A stretch of DNA of 64,000 nt, taken from the NCBI RefSeq assembly GCF_001194135.2, contig NC_068991.1, forward strand, positions 77,257,817 to 77,321,816, in the 5' to 3' direction. The notes beneath the pieces are model-generated. The model was not told the origin of the DNA, made no database searches, and saw only the letters and a program-made list of their open reading frames with translations. This stretch comes from Octopus bimaculoides. Its lineage: Eukaryota. This document shows, piece by piece, positions 1-12,710 of this stretch (positions are counted from its first letter, which is position 1; each line of letters begins with the position of its first letter). Made by a program: the position numbers and the translations under genes.

Positions 1-369
1 CAGTGACTTGACAACGAAAATATACGATTTGTTTTTACAGTAAATGTTTCTATTTTCATTTTTGTTAAATGTAATATTTTAATCATTTAGAAATATTTTT
101 AAGTGAATGTGATTTCAAAATGTAAGTTGTTTGTACAGTAAATATTTATATTTTAGCTTTCTTTAATCAGACATTATTTTAATGTTTTTTAAAATTATTT
201 TCAAGTGAATACCATTACAAAAATTATTTTTGGCATATTTAAAAAAATATTTTAAAGTGAAAATGTCTTTAAAAATATGGTAAATATTTTGTAAAAGACC
301 CATTCGTAACCTCGGTGTGAAATAATTTTTTTCCATTTTTTTAGAGTGCATTCAACATATCTCACCTCC

Positions 370-488
370 AAAGATTTGGCTGCTATTTCTAGCCCACCCT
401 GCTACCACGTAACAGCTATTTGCGATAAAGGACTCGAAATACCTGTTACATGATAGTAGGGTGTGCAAGAAATAGCAGCCAAATCTTT
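370..488. repeat. 119-nt ungapped fold-back (52-bp stem) built from the core of the family-D repeat
   Basis: 370-421 pairs with 437-488 (i+j=858) with 5 mismatches and one G.T; arms AAAGATTTGGCTGCTATTTCT / AGAAATAGCAGCCAAATCTTT. Confidence 0.85.
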
Positions 489-659
489 CCTTTTCTGGAG
501 AAAGGAACCATTTACATGTGATTTTGATGTCACATTTGTTGAAAGCATGCGAATTAAACTGGAAAAGAAAAAAGAAACCCATGGAACAAAACTCAGTTGC
601 TGGGAAACTCATAATTTCCTGGTGATCCAACGGGTCAGGAGTATTCTAGTATATATATA

Positions 660-973
660 NNNNNNNNNNNNNNNNNNNNNNNNNNNNNNNNNNNNNNNNN
701 NNNNNNNNNNNNNNNNNNNNNNNNNNNNNNNNNNNNNNNNNNNNNNNNNNNNNNNNNNNNNNNNNNNNNNNNNNNNNNNNNNNNNNNNNNNNNNNNNNNN
801 NNNNNNNNNNNNNNNNNNNNNNNNNNNNNNNNNNNNNNNNNNNNNNNNNNNNNNNNNNNNNNNNNNNNNNNNNNNNNNNNNNNNNNNNNNNNNNNNNNNN
901 NNNNNNNNNNNNNNNNNNNNNNNNNNNNNNNNNNNNNNNNNNNNNNNNNNNNNNNNNNNNNNNNNNNNNNNNN
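660..973. other. Assembly gap (first of 11)
   Basis: N-runs at 660-973, 13208-13217, 14023-14284, 24021-24969, 31091-31622, 34063-34146, 35269-35352, 36086-36095, 39502-39952, 45106-45123, 45563-45898; nearly all abut microsatellites. Confidence 0.99.
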
Positions 974-1555
974 ATATATATATATATATATATACATATA
1001 GTAAAATGAGGATTCAAATAGAACTGGGTACTTGAAAAGATATGCACCAGAGTTGGATAAACCTGTGGTTCCAGCTTATTGTTGATAAGTATTAAATAGG
1101 ATATTCTGGTTGTGTACACAGAGAAAACCAACCCTATGAGTATTTAGTGACTAGGGGCTGGTCCAAATCACATGTTATGTTGAATTGTACATTGTTGGTA
1201 TACTCTAGGATGTCTAACAAGTAAATCCCCTCGGTGTATTATAATCAAATGAATAATAACAGAGAATGCATAATTGTCAATTATCCATCATCTGTTATTA
1301 TTCATTTGATTTTATATATATATATATATATGTGTGTGTGTTTGTGTATGTTTGTATGCATGTATATACACATATATGTGTGTATATGTGTGCATATATA
1401 TATATATACACACATATATACAGACACACATGTGTATGTGTGTGCATACAAGCACACCACAATCATTGTCTCTTTCTCTTTAACTCTTTTATTTCTTTAT
1501 CAATGTTTTATTTCTTCCTTTTTCTTTTCCATAGAAAATACAAAAAAAAACACAT

Positions 1556-1740
1556 GATTGTTGTTGTTGTTAACCCATCCCCCTTCAGTTAACCCATATC
1601 GAGCTGATCAAAGGCATTCCAGCCATGACCAATCAGTTTTAGGGATGTTTATGATTATATTTCTTGTGTATCTTTATTAAAGATGGTAGAGTGTACCATA
1701 AGAATGATTGTGCTGCTATTTCTTGCAAATTGAGCAGCAA
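1556..1740 (-). mobile_element. Family-D interspersed repeat (SINE-like, (AAC)n tail)
   Basis: Shares TGATCAAAGGCATTCCAGCCATGACC and GCTGCTATTTCT motifs with more than 10 other copies in the window; begins at (GTT)n on +. Confidence 0.7.
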
Positions 1741-1744
1741 CATG

Positions 1745-2040
1745 ATGGCTGTCATGGTGTTAGCATGTTGGTGATCAGTCAGGTGGTATAGTTCATTTCT
1801 TGTGTGTGTGTATCAACAGCTGCACCATCCCAGAAATGTGTGCAGTACTCTAATGTACTCTTGTGTCATATAAGGATCAGCGACTGCTTGAAGCTAAAGT
1901 AGTTTCTGGCACCAGGTTCAGTGTTGGCTTTCTTATTGATGCAGGGTTGCTATGCAAGACCATCATAGATTGCAAGGCTTTAAATTCTTCTAGATTCTAA
2001 AGAAGTGACATGACAGTTGCTCAAGGGATGGAACATAGAT
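1745..2040 (-). mobile_element. Degenerate CR1/L2/Jockey-group LINE, post-RT region
   Basis: Minus strand across a frameshift gives ARNYFSFKQSLIL..KSTLEYCTHFWDGAA, matching the R-P-x-L-E-Y-C-x-x-x-W motif of this LINE group. Confidence 0.55.
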
Positions 2041-2149
2041 AAAATGTAAATAAATGGTAAAGACTGAGTGAAGAGATGTGACTTTAACAGAACCACAAAC
2101 CCTTCAGCCTATACATTCACATAACATTAATTGTATCAGTTGCAAACAA

Positions 2150-2350
2150 ACCAGTGTGGGAGCCTCTGTGTGGTTGCTTGAACCACTAGAAATAACCACT
2201 GCATCTGTACCAAATTACATTGTACCACCTTAAACAAGGCAGGACACATTGAGTAAATTAGTTCTTAATATACTGTCTGGATAAACAAAATGAACTGAAG
2301 CAGCCTTTATCATGTGAGTACTTAATCATGGAAGAACTGAAGCTAAACAA
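2150..2350 (+). mobile_element. Family-D repeat, diverged
   Basis: GAGCCTCTGTGTGGTTGCTTGAACCACTAGAAATAACC..AGGACACATTG similar to other copies. Confidence 0.6.
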
Positions 2351-2657
2351 TGGCATCAACATCCATTTGCAAACTGTTTTGTATTATTAGAAGTATAGTT
2401 GGTTAGATAACTGGAAGATATTTTAAAGCTTTAGCACACTGTAAGTGCATCATGTCACTGTATGAGTTTTTTCCCCTGTAGTAACAGGGCAGTGGCAGGG
2501 GAGACAATTCTACAGAAAATGCAGTGTGCTAAAGGTTAACTGCTAATGTTATCAGCTAAAAAGCAAATGAAATCTTTATATTACAATAGACTTGTGTTCA
2601 GAAAACCCCCATTCTTGATTTCAATCATCACCTGAATATTTCTCCTCCATGTCTTAG

Positions 2658-2873
2658 ACCAGCCACCCGACAACTGGCTATATTCAATTTAGAGCAACGT
2701 TTTGCTGCAACTCACTGATGTGGTTTGACAACAAAGATATGCATTCAGTCTCTGAAAAAGAATTAGAAACACTGACGAAATGAAACAAGATGCAGTACAT
2801 AAGGCACTGCTCCAGTGTGGCCAGACTCAATACTTTACAGTGGTTCAAACTGATTAAAGTGTGAATGCAAAAG
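2658..2873 (+). other. Candidate spliced exon (216 nt), product unknown
   Basis: Acceptor TTTCTCCTCCATGTCTTAG| and donor AAG|GTAAGA; every frame has stops; signal-level evidence only. Confidence 0.25.
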
Positions 2874-4618
2874 GTAAGATAGAATAAATTTTGGCAAAAC
2901 ATTCTTTTCATATCTAAATCTGTCTTAAGGAGAACTGTAATTGATGGCAGAAATAATTGTGATCAAAGCTTATGAAAAGAACATTGACAGAATTTGAGTG
3001 GGGGAGGGGAGGAAGTTGGTTGAGTGTTACTTAGAATTAGTCTTTGTATAGTGTAATTAAACTCACTTTTTTTTTTTAGTTATCTATGAGGCATGAGACA
3101 TTAATCATAAATAAGAACAGCTTCAACTAGGTGTCAAAACTGGACCATGAAACTGGCTCATCAGGAGATTACCAACACCATACTGTGCTTGAGAAATAAA
3201 ACTTTCATAAGTGTCGAGAATATGGGTGGATTCTGAGATATAAGTGCATGCAAACAATTTAGCAAAAATTATGATGGACATAAGGATGTAGAGTAAAGGA
3301 GAAAATTTACCGAAGAAGAAAATATAAATTAATAACTATAGTGAAAGATTTTGAAGTAGCTTCTTGCTAAGCTAGATAATAAGATTAACAGATATAAGAA
3401 CAAATGAAAAGAAATCTTCAAAGAAATAATGATCTTAAAAGATCTAAGAATAGCCACTAAACTGAAGATTTGCCAAGGTTTGAACAAACTACCAGAAAAT
3501 TACAAGAGGTGATTGGATAAGCTAAGACGTAGCGAGATAGTATTATTCAAAATGTCAGCTAAAGTTAAACTAACTATGCTGTATATTTAGAGAAAGTAGA
3601 TGACATTTCTAAGGTACTTTTAAGATTTTTTAAATGATATATGAGAGCGAAGAAAAGAATTTCAACCTTGCAGTAGGTGAAAAGGATATTCAGGAACATG
3701 ACAAAAAGAAAACTAATAGAAGAATTTGAGATCAATGAAAGGAATCTTTTTAATGTAGTAAAAATATAAAGGATTGGTCTGTTCTAGGTATTGACAGCAC
3801 CGACAGCTATTGTTGGAAATAGTTAAGTTTGATTTGAATGTCAATAAGCTTAAAATTCTTTTCAAAATTAGCTTATTAGACACTATACTAAAGTGGATAA
3901 CATTCAAAATAGGAAGAATGAAACGAAGTAAGAGACAAACAGTAGAATCCTTTAGTTGTAAATATTCAGATAATTTCCTCTCTTCCATTATAGTAAACTA
4001 CATTTAAACAGTCGTACAATATAAAATAATAGCAGATGGAAAAATACCTAACAAAATAAGCTCACTACTATTGTTAAAGAAAATCTTTGAGAATTTAATC
4101 TGAAGGTGAGTGTTGTCATCAGTAGATTACCGTATGGTTCTGGAAAACTTAGATAAGACATTTTTAAAAGTGGTGGGCGATTATAAATAATGATGTGTAA
4201 TAATTAGTTGACAACACTTTCAGAATAAATTGAAGGAAAAGAAAGCATAGTTATATAGTTTCTAAGCTCACTTTCCCACGATGTGCCACTGGGTCCAATG
4301 CTATTGCGTGGCACTTTTCACAAGTGTCTTCTACCATAGCTTTTGGTTGACCAGTATACTTCATGCAAAGCAAAAATAAAAAGCTTTGTGAAAGTTGATG
4401 GATGAAATAATGTTAGAGGGTGTTGTGTGTGTAGAATGGGACAATTCAGTACAGGTATTGTGGTGCAAACGTCTTGGTAATGTGTATAAGTCATCAAAGT
4501 ATATTGGTGAAAGAACTGGAAAAAAAAAAAAAAAAGAAACAGTGTTTTCGAATAAAAGTAAATACCTTATGTGATATTTGTTCTGCCTGAGTTATGCAAA
4601 CAATCTATTGCCACTGTT

Positions 4619-4961
4619 GTGGAGGTGTAATGGCTCAGTGGTTAGGGCAGCGGACTCGCGGTCATAGGATTGTGGTTTCGATTCCCAGACCGGGCGTTGT
4701 GAGTGTTTATTGAGCGAAAACGCCTGAAGCTCAACGAGGCTCCAGCAGGGGGTGGTGGTGAATCCTGCTGTACTCTTTCACCACAACTTTCTCTCACTCT
4801 TACTTCCTGTTTCTGTTGTGCCTGTAATTCAAAGGGCCAGCCTTGTCACACTGTGTCACGCTGAATATCCCCGAGAACTACGTTAAGGGCACACGTGTCT
4901 GTGGAGTGCTCAGCCACTTGCACGTTAATTTCATGAGCAGGCTGTTCCGTTGATCGGTATC
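4619..4961 (+). mobile_element. tRNA-derived SINE (family C) with 12-bp target-site duplication
   Basis: A-box TGGCTCAGTGG, B-box-like GTTTCGATTCC; flanks ATTGCCACTGTT (4607-4618) and ATTGTCACTGTT (4962-4973). Confidence 0.85.
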
Positions 4962-5499
4962 ATTGTCACTGTTACCGTCAGAAATATAATGACCAAGTGA
5001 TTGGCCAGTTGGAAACCTGTCACAAATGAGGTTATGATTCATTAAATGCAATTTAAAATTAAAGCAAAAATAAAATAAGGTTTAAAAAAATAAACTGATT
5101 TTAATGTTGAAAGGAATTTTATAAAAATTACATCAAGATGAAAATGTATGACCAACAGTGTAGTTGCGTGTGTGTGTGTGTGTGTGTGTGTGTGCATGTG
5201 CGCGCACGCTTTAGGCTGTTGTAAAATCTAATTAAAAGGGTTAGTGATTACCACACAACTAAAACGTATAATAGATTGTAGGGTGAGATAAACTAGTAAG
5301 AGTAATATCATTGGAGCACACAGCCTGACTGTCAATGATTTAAACCTATGGCAAGAAAGCCACAGTCATGCTGGAAGAAGTTAATGAAATCACTGCACTT
5401 ACTATTCATGTCACACAGATATGTAATGGTATTAAGAAATGAATAGGTATAGTACATTAAAACTGGTGGATTGAGAGAACTTGTAAAATTAATGAAGTC

Positions 5500-5760
5500 T
5501 CTTGACTTTTGATAGAAGATGTCAAATAAATTTCTCAGATGTGATTTGGAGGAAAAGACAGACAAGCAAAGCACCTGGAATACATTTACATTTGAAACTG
5601 AGGAATAAACAAAGAACATACTTAAGTTGGAAATGTATAGCAAGAAGCTAATGAAAGCAATAAATTTCTCAGTAATCCCAGTGGCACAATTTGTAACAAG
5701 AACATGATTCAGTTCAGCAAAGTAAACTCTGAAATACTGGATAAGATTGTTGAGGGAATA
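5500..5760 (+). mobile_element. Degenerate R4/Dong-group LINE, RT C-terminal part
   Basis: Peptides NKFLRCDLEEKTD and LKLEMYSKKLMKAINFSVIPVAQF resemble YKFLG-x-EQ and KNLIKAIN-x-x-VIPV of this group. Confidence 0.45.
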
Positions 5761-5776
5761 TACTGAAAGAGTGAGC

Positions 5777-5852
5777 ATATCATGTATGTATGTAACTGTG
5801 TATATCATGTAACTGTGTATCATGTAACTGTGTATATCATGTATGTATGTAA
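5777..5852. repeat. Minisatellite of ATCATGTAACTGTGTAT-type units
   Basis: About four variant units directly visible. Confidence 0.85.
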
Positions 5853-6049
5853 CTGTGTGTGTGTGCATTCTGAGAGCAAGCTTAACCAGTTGATGGTATA
5901 TATGCAGACATACAAAAGTGGAGATGGTAAACAGGAAGTGCTGCAATGGTAACAGACTGTTAGATGGTTAACTGGAAGACAATGTCTTGAAATAAATAAA
6001 TTAGAAAAACAGCAGCAGAGATGAAACTGTTGGGAAGAATATTGTTTCA

Positions 6050-7720
6050 TTTGGAAAAGGAGCAGAAGAAGAAGAAGTAAAATATGAATAAGAGGAAATT
6101 CTGGAAGCCATGTAAAATCTAAAAATTTGTTTGAAGGAGAACTAAGAGAAAAATATATAAATAGGTGATTAATGGTTTATAGATAGAAGTTTAGAGAGAA
6201 CTTAAGAGGGTTCTTATGATGAAGATAGAACTAAGATCAGAAAAATATAACAATATAATTCTCAGAAATTGCAATATATATTACTTTAGAAAAGAAAGAA
6301 ATATTCTGAATGTCTGAAATGCAATAGAAACTCCCAAGATCCAAATTAAAAACAAAAATTGGAAGAACAACTAACCAAGATGCAAGAACAAATGATGGAA
6401 ATTTAATGGATGGAAGAAAATAATCTATATAGAAATTGCTTTGGATAGGAATATACTAAGAATATTCGGTGGTAAAAGAGAGAAATGGTACCAAGTTGTA
6501 CAGTGTTAGGAATAGAGAATGAGTATTTATAAAAATCTAATAATACATTGATGATCTAGGTGGTTACTGATACGAATTGAGAGAGACTTCTATCTGAACA
6601 TAGTAAACTAATAAGAACCGGTTGTGTGAAAGAAAGAAATTAGAATTTGAAGAAACGAAAGATTGCTGTGATTACAAGTGTTGCCTAGATAAAACCATTA
6701 GTTCTGCAAGACAAGTGTAACTTTAATAGATAATAGATAAAAATGATATGGATCTTCGATATGGGAAAACAATCAAAAATGTGAAGAGCTATTGATACTC
6801 TTATCAGATAAAGGAGTAGAAGAGTCAAAATTACATTGAAAATTAACAACTCCTTTACATTAAGCACATTGGTACACGTTAAAGAGAGAAGCAAGGAAAA
6901 TTTTAAATATTTATTTATTTGTCATGAGAAACTAAATGATTGAGTAAAAAGGTACCAGATGCAAAAATGTTATATCAGGAATTAACGATCAGATACTTTA
7001 CACTGATCAAGTTGTTAATTCATTGCTGACTACAAGAGATTTATTGTCTCTATGAAATGTGCTCAATTCTGGTTATTGGTGTTTAATGAGCTAGAGACTA
7101 GACAACACAACTTTAGTGGAATGTTACTAAAATCTAGTTTTTGTTGTCTAGTCCCAAGTCAGCCCTGATCAGGTCGACTAATAATCACATCTTTTTAAGG
7201 TGGTAGGGTGTGGTTTAAAGGAGATTTGGCTATTAATTTAACAGGTCAAGCAATTACATTGAGACTTCCTCATTGGTTCATAAAAACATCATATTCTATT
7301 AAGAGGAAGATTCATCCCTTATCTTACTTAACAATACCAATACAAGAATTTAACTCCAACCTTATGTTTCTTTGTGGTTCCTGAAGGAATCAACTCTTGA
7401 TGACCTTCTAAGATAAAAGGTCAACTAATTTTATAGAAAAATTAGTTGACCTTTGATTGGAGCCTCACCTACTTTGAAAAGTGGAAGCATGCACAGTTCA
7501 ATAATTTAGTCATCATGAAGAGGAAAATGATTAAGTAGATGAATATCAGGTGAGAGAATACAATCGCATCATAGGTAAAAGAAAATTTCAGTAGAATATG
7601 AAAACCTAATCAGAATCTGAATTTAATCTTCTACAGATTATCAGAAAACTACCAACATGGTTCCTACAAGTTAACAGTTTGTAGCAAAATGTATTAAAGT
7701 GTGCCATGAGGAGAGAAAAT
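6050..7720 (+). mobile_element. Possible highly decayed Gypsy/Ginger-like pol or integrase remnants
   Basis: Purine-rich block with short peptides ILLSDKGVE (~6795) and QFVAKCIKVC (~7675) reminiscent of integrase core and HHCC finger; no continuous ORF; interrupted by a family-D copy at ~7137-7278 (-). Confidence 0.2.
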
Positions 7721-8200
7721 ATGATCTTTTGAAGGACTCTACTCAAAATATTAGTTATTCCCTCTATTCACATCACATAAGCAATCTTATGTATTGATGG
7801 CATTTCATTTTACTCGCAGGGCATGTCACTAAATCCTATTGTCTTACTACACCTGATTCCACCAGGGTTTTCTGAATATGATACCTGTAATTGATTTATA
7901 TTTGTATAGTAAAGAGAAATATTTTCTTTTGGTCTGCTCAACAATATAGCAACTCAGGTTATGTAAGAGGCACCAATGTGTGGCAAAAAAGAACATCAGG
8001 ACCACCAATGGGACTCAAAGCATGTATTTTTAATTCCTAGCTGACTATATTACTGATTACATTTCAGTACGTCACCACTAATTGTAATTTGATCAATATG
8101 GTTAGCAAGTTCTGTTAGTGGAAATTACTGTTTTCTGTCTCAAATTAGTTAATTATAATGTCTGTCATTTTTATTGGAATCTTAACAATTAATTAATAAC

Positions 8201-8379
8201 ATGCAGGCATGGCTGTGTGGTAAGAAGCATGCTTCTCAATCAAGTGGTACCGGGTTCGGTCCTACTGCATGACCTACCACATGGTTTCAGCCTCAGGCCT
8301 ACCACATGGTTCCAGCCTCAGGCCTACCAAAGCCTTGTGAGTGGATTTGGTAAATGGAAATTGAAAGAAGCCCATTGTA

Positions 8380-8423
<44 letters not shown>

Positions 8424-8810
8424 AAAGCACCCATTACTCTAAGAGTGGTTGGCATTAAGAAGGGCATCCAGCCATAGAAAACCATGCCAAATCAGATTGG
8501 AGCTGGGTGCAGCCTTCCAGCGTGTCAGCCCAGCCAAACCATCCAACCCATGCCAGCATGGACAAACGGTCATTAGATGATGATGATGATGATGATAATG
8601 ATGTATATGTTTGTGTGTCTGTGTTTGTCCCCCACCATCACTTGACAACTGATGTTGGTGTGTTTATGTCCCCGTAACTTAGCAGTTCGACAAAAGAGAC
8701 TGATAGAATAAGTACTAGGCTTACAAAGAATAAGTCCTTGGGTTGATTTTTTCGACTAAAGGCGGTGCTCCAGCATGGCCACAGTCAAGTGACTGAAACA
8801 AATAAAAGAA
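8201..8810 (+). mobile_element. tRNA-derived SINE family A, full length, split by an RTE tail
   Basis: Head GGCTGTGTGGTAAG..AAAGCCTTGTGAGTGGATTTGG and tail GGCGGTGCTCCAGCATGGCC..GACTGAAACA match copies at 17308 and 26654. Confidence 0.9.
8422..8601 (+). mobile_element. RTE-clade LINE 3' tail with (GAT)n
   Basis: GAGTGGTTGGCATTAAGAAGGGCATCCAGC..CCAACCCATGCCAGCATGG..(GAT)n; same tail follows the RTE ORF end at 49765-50448. Confidence 0.85.
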
Positions 8811-9866
8811 CAAGTTGGTTAAATATCTCCCCATATCAAGTGGAGTGATGGTGGAAGCACTTATCAAATCGAGGTAACTGTGCCTCGGTTTTACCAAAGC
8901 TGATACTGTTGGCTGAAACTCCTGAAAGTTCTGCCAATCTTTCACCATAGATTGCTAAGTCATTTACCTAATTTGGAAGGATAAAAGGTGAAACTGGTTT
9001 TGGTAGAATCTGAACAGAGACAACAGAAAGTTACAACAAATGCTACAAAACATTCTAGCCAATACTCTTAACAGCATTACCATTTTGTTGCCTTTATTTA
9101 TCATGTAAGTACCCAGAAATGAATTACTGCGCTTCATGAAATGATTAACATATGTTTATTTTGCCACAAAAGCCGATTGTCTAATATGCCGGATTCGGAT
9201 TGAAGTTTAGAGAAGTAGCTATCATTATAAAAGTTCTTTTGAAGTTTCAGGATGTAGTTTTAGTCATTGAAAAAGTAGACTGAAAGAACTTTCAGAGATA
9301 GTAATTTTGCAGAAGTAGAGAGATGGATCAACTTGAATTACATCATTTAATGTTGTCTCCATATTTTCTTGGATCAAATTCTGTGGTATTTGATCTCTCA
9401 TTTTATTCCTCCAGGGTTGGTAGTATACTGACTGTACATTTGTCCTACAGTAAGTTATAAATATGCTTAATCAAAAGAAATCAGTTTTAGATAGGTGAGG
9501 ATTACGAATAGTATCTCTGACTGGATGAGGAGGAGGTGGCATGGTTCATTCTTCTTGTTAGTTCAGTCTATTCTTTGCACTCATCTTGCATGCATCAATG
9601 GTAGGTGATTGGCAAGGCGGGGCATAGTTAAATCTTATGTACATTACTTGTCATCGTAATCAAGCTACAGCTTAATACAGCTTCCATAGTATTTAGTACT
9701 TCATAGCTATATTCTTGATCCAATAAAATGCCAGTCTATTATGTGTTTTTCCCTTGAGTGTATCCGAATACTGCACTGAAATTTTATGACATTTGTCAGT
9801 TACTGAATGTTGTTGAGCAAAAGGTAAGCTCATGGCAACTTGAGAATGGAATTTTATCTAATTGCC

Positions 9867-10382
9867 TACAAATATATAAAGCCCTTCATACTCGTCACGA
9901 CTACCTGTCTGACAAAAGTATACCAGGCACATGCATCACAACCAAATGTGTGCGACATGGTAATCTCATATCAAGATAAACAGTGCATGACCTTGCAGGT
10001 GGGGCCCAGTTAGAATTTTTCTTCAGGTTGAGTAGCCCATCCAACTCAAAAGATCTCTGAATAAAGGTTGTTTAAGGATGTTGAATGAAACACCCATGTT
10101 TCCAAAGGTGAATTATCCAAACCTCAAAGAATTCTTCTCAACACATGGCTACGATGCTCCCCCACTACTTCTGCTCATGATCAGAGATGCACATATCATC
10201 AGCCACCAAGGGACATGATCAACTGGTTAAGGTCAAACAACTGACAAGCAAATCTGTGGTATTGAGCAGAATATTTGTTGTAACCCATCTTTTATACCAA
10301 GACAAAACAACGTACATGATAACACTTCCAATCAATTAAGATCAGAAACCATGAGAGCCACTGCCTGGTACTGCATCAGGGC
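9867..10382 (-). mobile_element. Non-coding interspersed element X (~520 bp)
   Basis: Aligns by eye over ~340 nt with 38196-38556; adjoins (ATT)n; orientation inferred from the (AAT)n tail of the second copy. Confidence 0.75.
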
Positions 10383-10407
10383 ATTTATTACTATTATTAT
10401 TATCATC

Positions 10408-10590
10408 TTAGCATGCCAGGCAAAAGGCTTACTGGTATTTCGTCTGCCACTACATTCTGAGTGCAAATTCTGACTTTGCTTTTCATCCTTTTGGGAGTGA
10501 ATTAAATAAATACCAGCTATGCACTGGGGTTGATGTAATTGACTTAATCCCATCCTCCAAGCTGTCCTTGTGGTAAAAATTCGGAATCAT
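10408..10590 (+). mobile_element. tRNA-derived SINE family B, diverged
   Basis: GGTATTTCGTCTGCC..TTCTGAGT..GACTTTGCTTTTCATCCTTT..GCACTGGGGTTGATGTAAT matches 48758 and 59755 copies. Confidence 0.8.
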
Positions 10591-11444
10591 CATCACCATC
10601 ATCATTATTATTATTGTAGTACCTCTTCTGGGTCTTCCTAGTCTGAGTTCAAATCTTGTAAGAACCTGTTTTGCTTTTCCTCCCTCTGGGGTCAGGTCAT
10701 TAAAATAAAGTGCCAAACAAATGCTGGAATCAAAACTATCAACTAATCTCCTCCCTCCCCTCAAAATTGTGTCTTTGTTCCTACATCAGAAACAATTATT
10801 ACTCTTGTTGTTGTTTTTGTTATTGTTATGCATTTTCTTCGTGTAGTTGTTGTCATGGTAATTATTGTTTTCGTATAAATATTGTCATTAGTGTATTTGT
10901 TATTGTTGTAAAAATAGTATTATTATTATTATTATTATTAGTAGTAGTAGTAGTTTTTATCACTGCTTTTGTTTTTTGTGTTTTTTTTTAATGGTGGTAT
11001 TTTTTAATGGTGCTTTTGTTTTTTTTTGTTTTTTTTTAATGGTGGTATTATTCTTGTTATCATAATAGTAGAAATAGTATAGGTAGTAGTAGTAGTAGTT
11101 GTTGTTGTTACTGCTGCTGTAGTAGCTGATGTTGTGGCTGATACCAATTGTTTCTGCTGCTGTAGTTGTTTCTGCTGCTATGTAAACTGATCTTCCATTA
11201 GTATATGTCCGATATGCTAATTGAATTTTATGACAGCATCAATTATTAAAGATATCTTTCTTTTCCTTTATCTTTTCTTCCTATCCTTACATTTATCTCA
11301 TGCCCCACCTCCATCCTGTCTATCAATACTCCCCCCACCACATACACTGTAACAAGTGGGGTTGATTGTTTTTTTTTTGTGTAAAACACTAAAGTGCTCA
11401 ATGTACTTTCACAGTAGTCGTTTATTTGTACATGCATGTATACA

Positions 11445-11475
<31 letters not shown>

Positions 11476-12426
11476 GTATGTATATAATTTTAATTTTTAT
11501 TTGTGTCAGTCTAAGGCCTTCGCTGATTGCCAAGTGGTGGGAGACAAATATTTATATGTTTATATACACACAGACACACACATATATACATACATACATA
11601 CATACATACATAGATACATGCACACACATGCACACCAGGCTTCTATGCAGTTTTCTTCTACCGAATTCACTCACAAAGCATCAGCTGACCTGGGGCTAAA
11701 GTAGGAGACATGGGTCCACAGTAACATACAGTTGAACTGAACCTGAAACCATGAAATGCTGGCATGATGTTTACATTCTTATTTGACATTACGACCAATT
11801 GCTCTGCACTTTTGAAGGCCAGTGGAATAAAAATTTAACTCCCTTAACTGAAAAATACGTAAATACTTGTAATAGGAAGGGCATCCAAGGCTTAAGACTC
11901 TGCTTTAGAATAGCCTCTGCCTAATCTATGCCCATATATTAACACCTGTTTTTTTTCCATGCTGGCATAAGTTGGGAGGAAGCTGTTTTGAAGGAGCATT
12001 TTCATGACCAGGAAAGAGAGGTGCGTATGTTTGTGTTAACATAACTGTCATTGTTCTATCTTGCTGTCATCACTTATAGGCTGCTATCATCACATCTACC
12101 ATCTTGGTAGATGTGATGGCCTTGGATACACACACCTATCTCAGACTCCTGACTCCTCCTGTCACATCACCCTTTGTCACACATCTCTCTCATCACTGCC
12201 TTTCATGCTTTTCACTCTGCAAAGAGGCTGTTGAGTGAGCAGAGACACTTTAGGGCCCTTTATTCTTATTGAGGACTTGATACCTTTCTGATGCTGATGT
12301 TGTGTAGAAAGCACCCAAAATAATCTCTAAAATGGTTGCTGTTATGGTGGGCATTCATAGAAAATAGTACAAAAAGTGAAATGTAAATGTGATGAGCTCA
12401 CCTGACCTACCTATGTAAGCAGTAAT

Positions 12427-12480
<54 letters not shown>

Positions 12481-12482
<2 letters not shown>

Positions 12483-12710
12483 ATCATCATCGTCATCATC
12501 ATTTAATGTCCATGTTCCATGCTAGCATGGGTGGGACAGTAACACAAGAGCCAGCCAGGCCGAAGCCTGCACCAGACTTCGTGACTGTTTCGGCAGGATT
12601 TTTACAGCTGGATGCCCTTCCTAACACCAACCACTATACAGTGTGAACTGGGTGCTTTTAAGTGGCACCTGCATTGACAGGGTCACCAAGTACTTGCAAG
12701 ACAAAAACTT
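12481..12710 (-). mobile_element. RTE 3' tail inserted at a (GT)n tract
   Basis: (CAT)n..CCATGCTAGCATGG..CAGCTGGATGCCCTTCCTAACACCAACCAC. Confidence 0.85.

Noticed and set aside
3250-3900. Gypsy RT remnant (VDDI, EKDIQEHD)
   Set aside because: Motifs too short and out of register to support a call.
3994-4105. Plus-strand AG..GTGAGT-bounded segment (similarly 9415-9449)
   Set aside because: Very AT-rich with stops in all frames, or too short to evaluate; motif-only evidence.
4619-4700. tRNA gene
   Set aside because: A/B boxes are present but there is no closed cloverleaf, and it continues into a SINE body with a TSD. The same applies to the family A and B heads.
5777-5852. CRISPR-like array
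   Set aside because: Contiguous tandem units without unique spacers; eukaryotic context; no cas genes.
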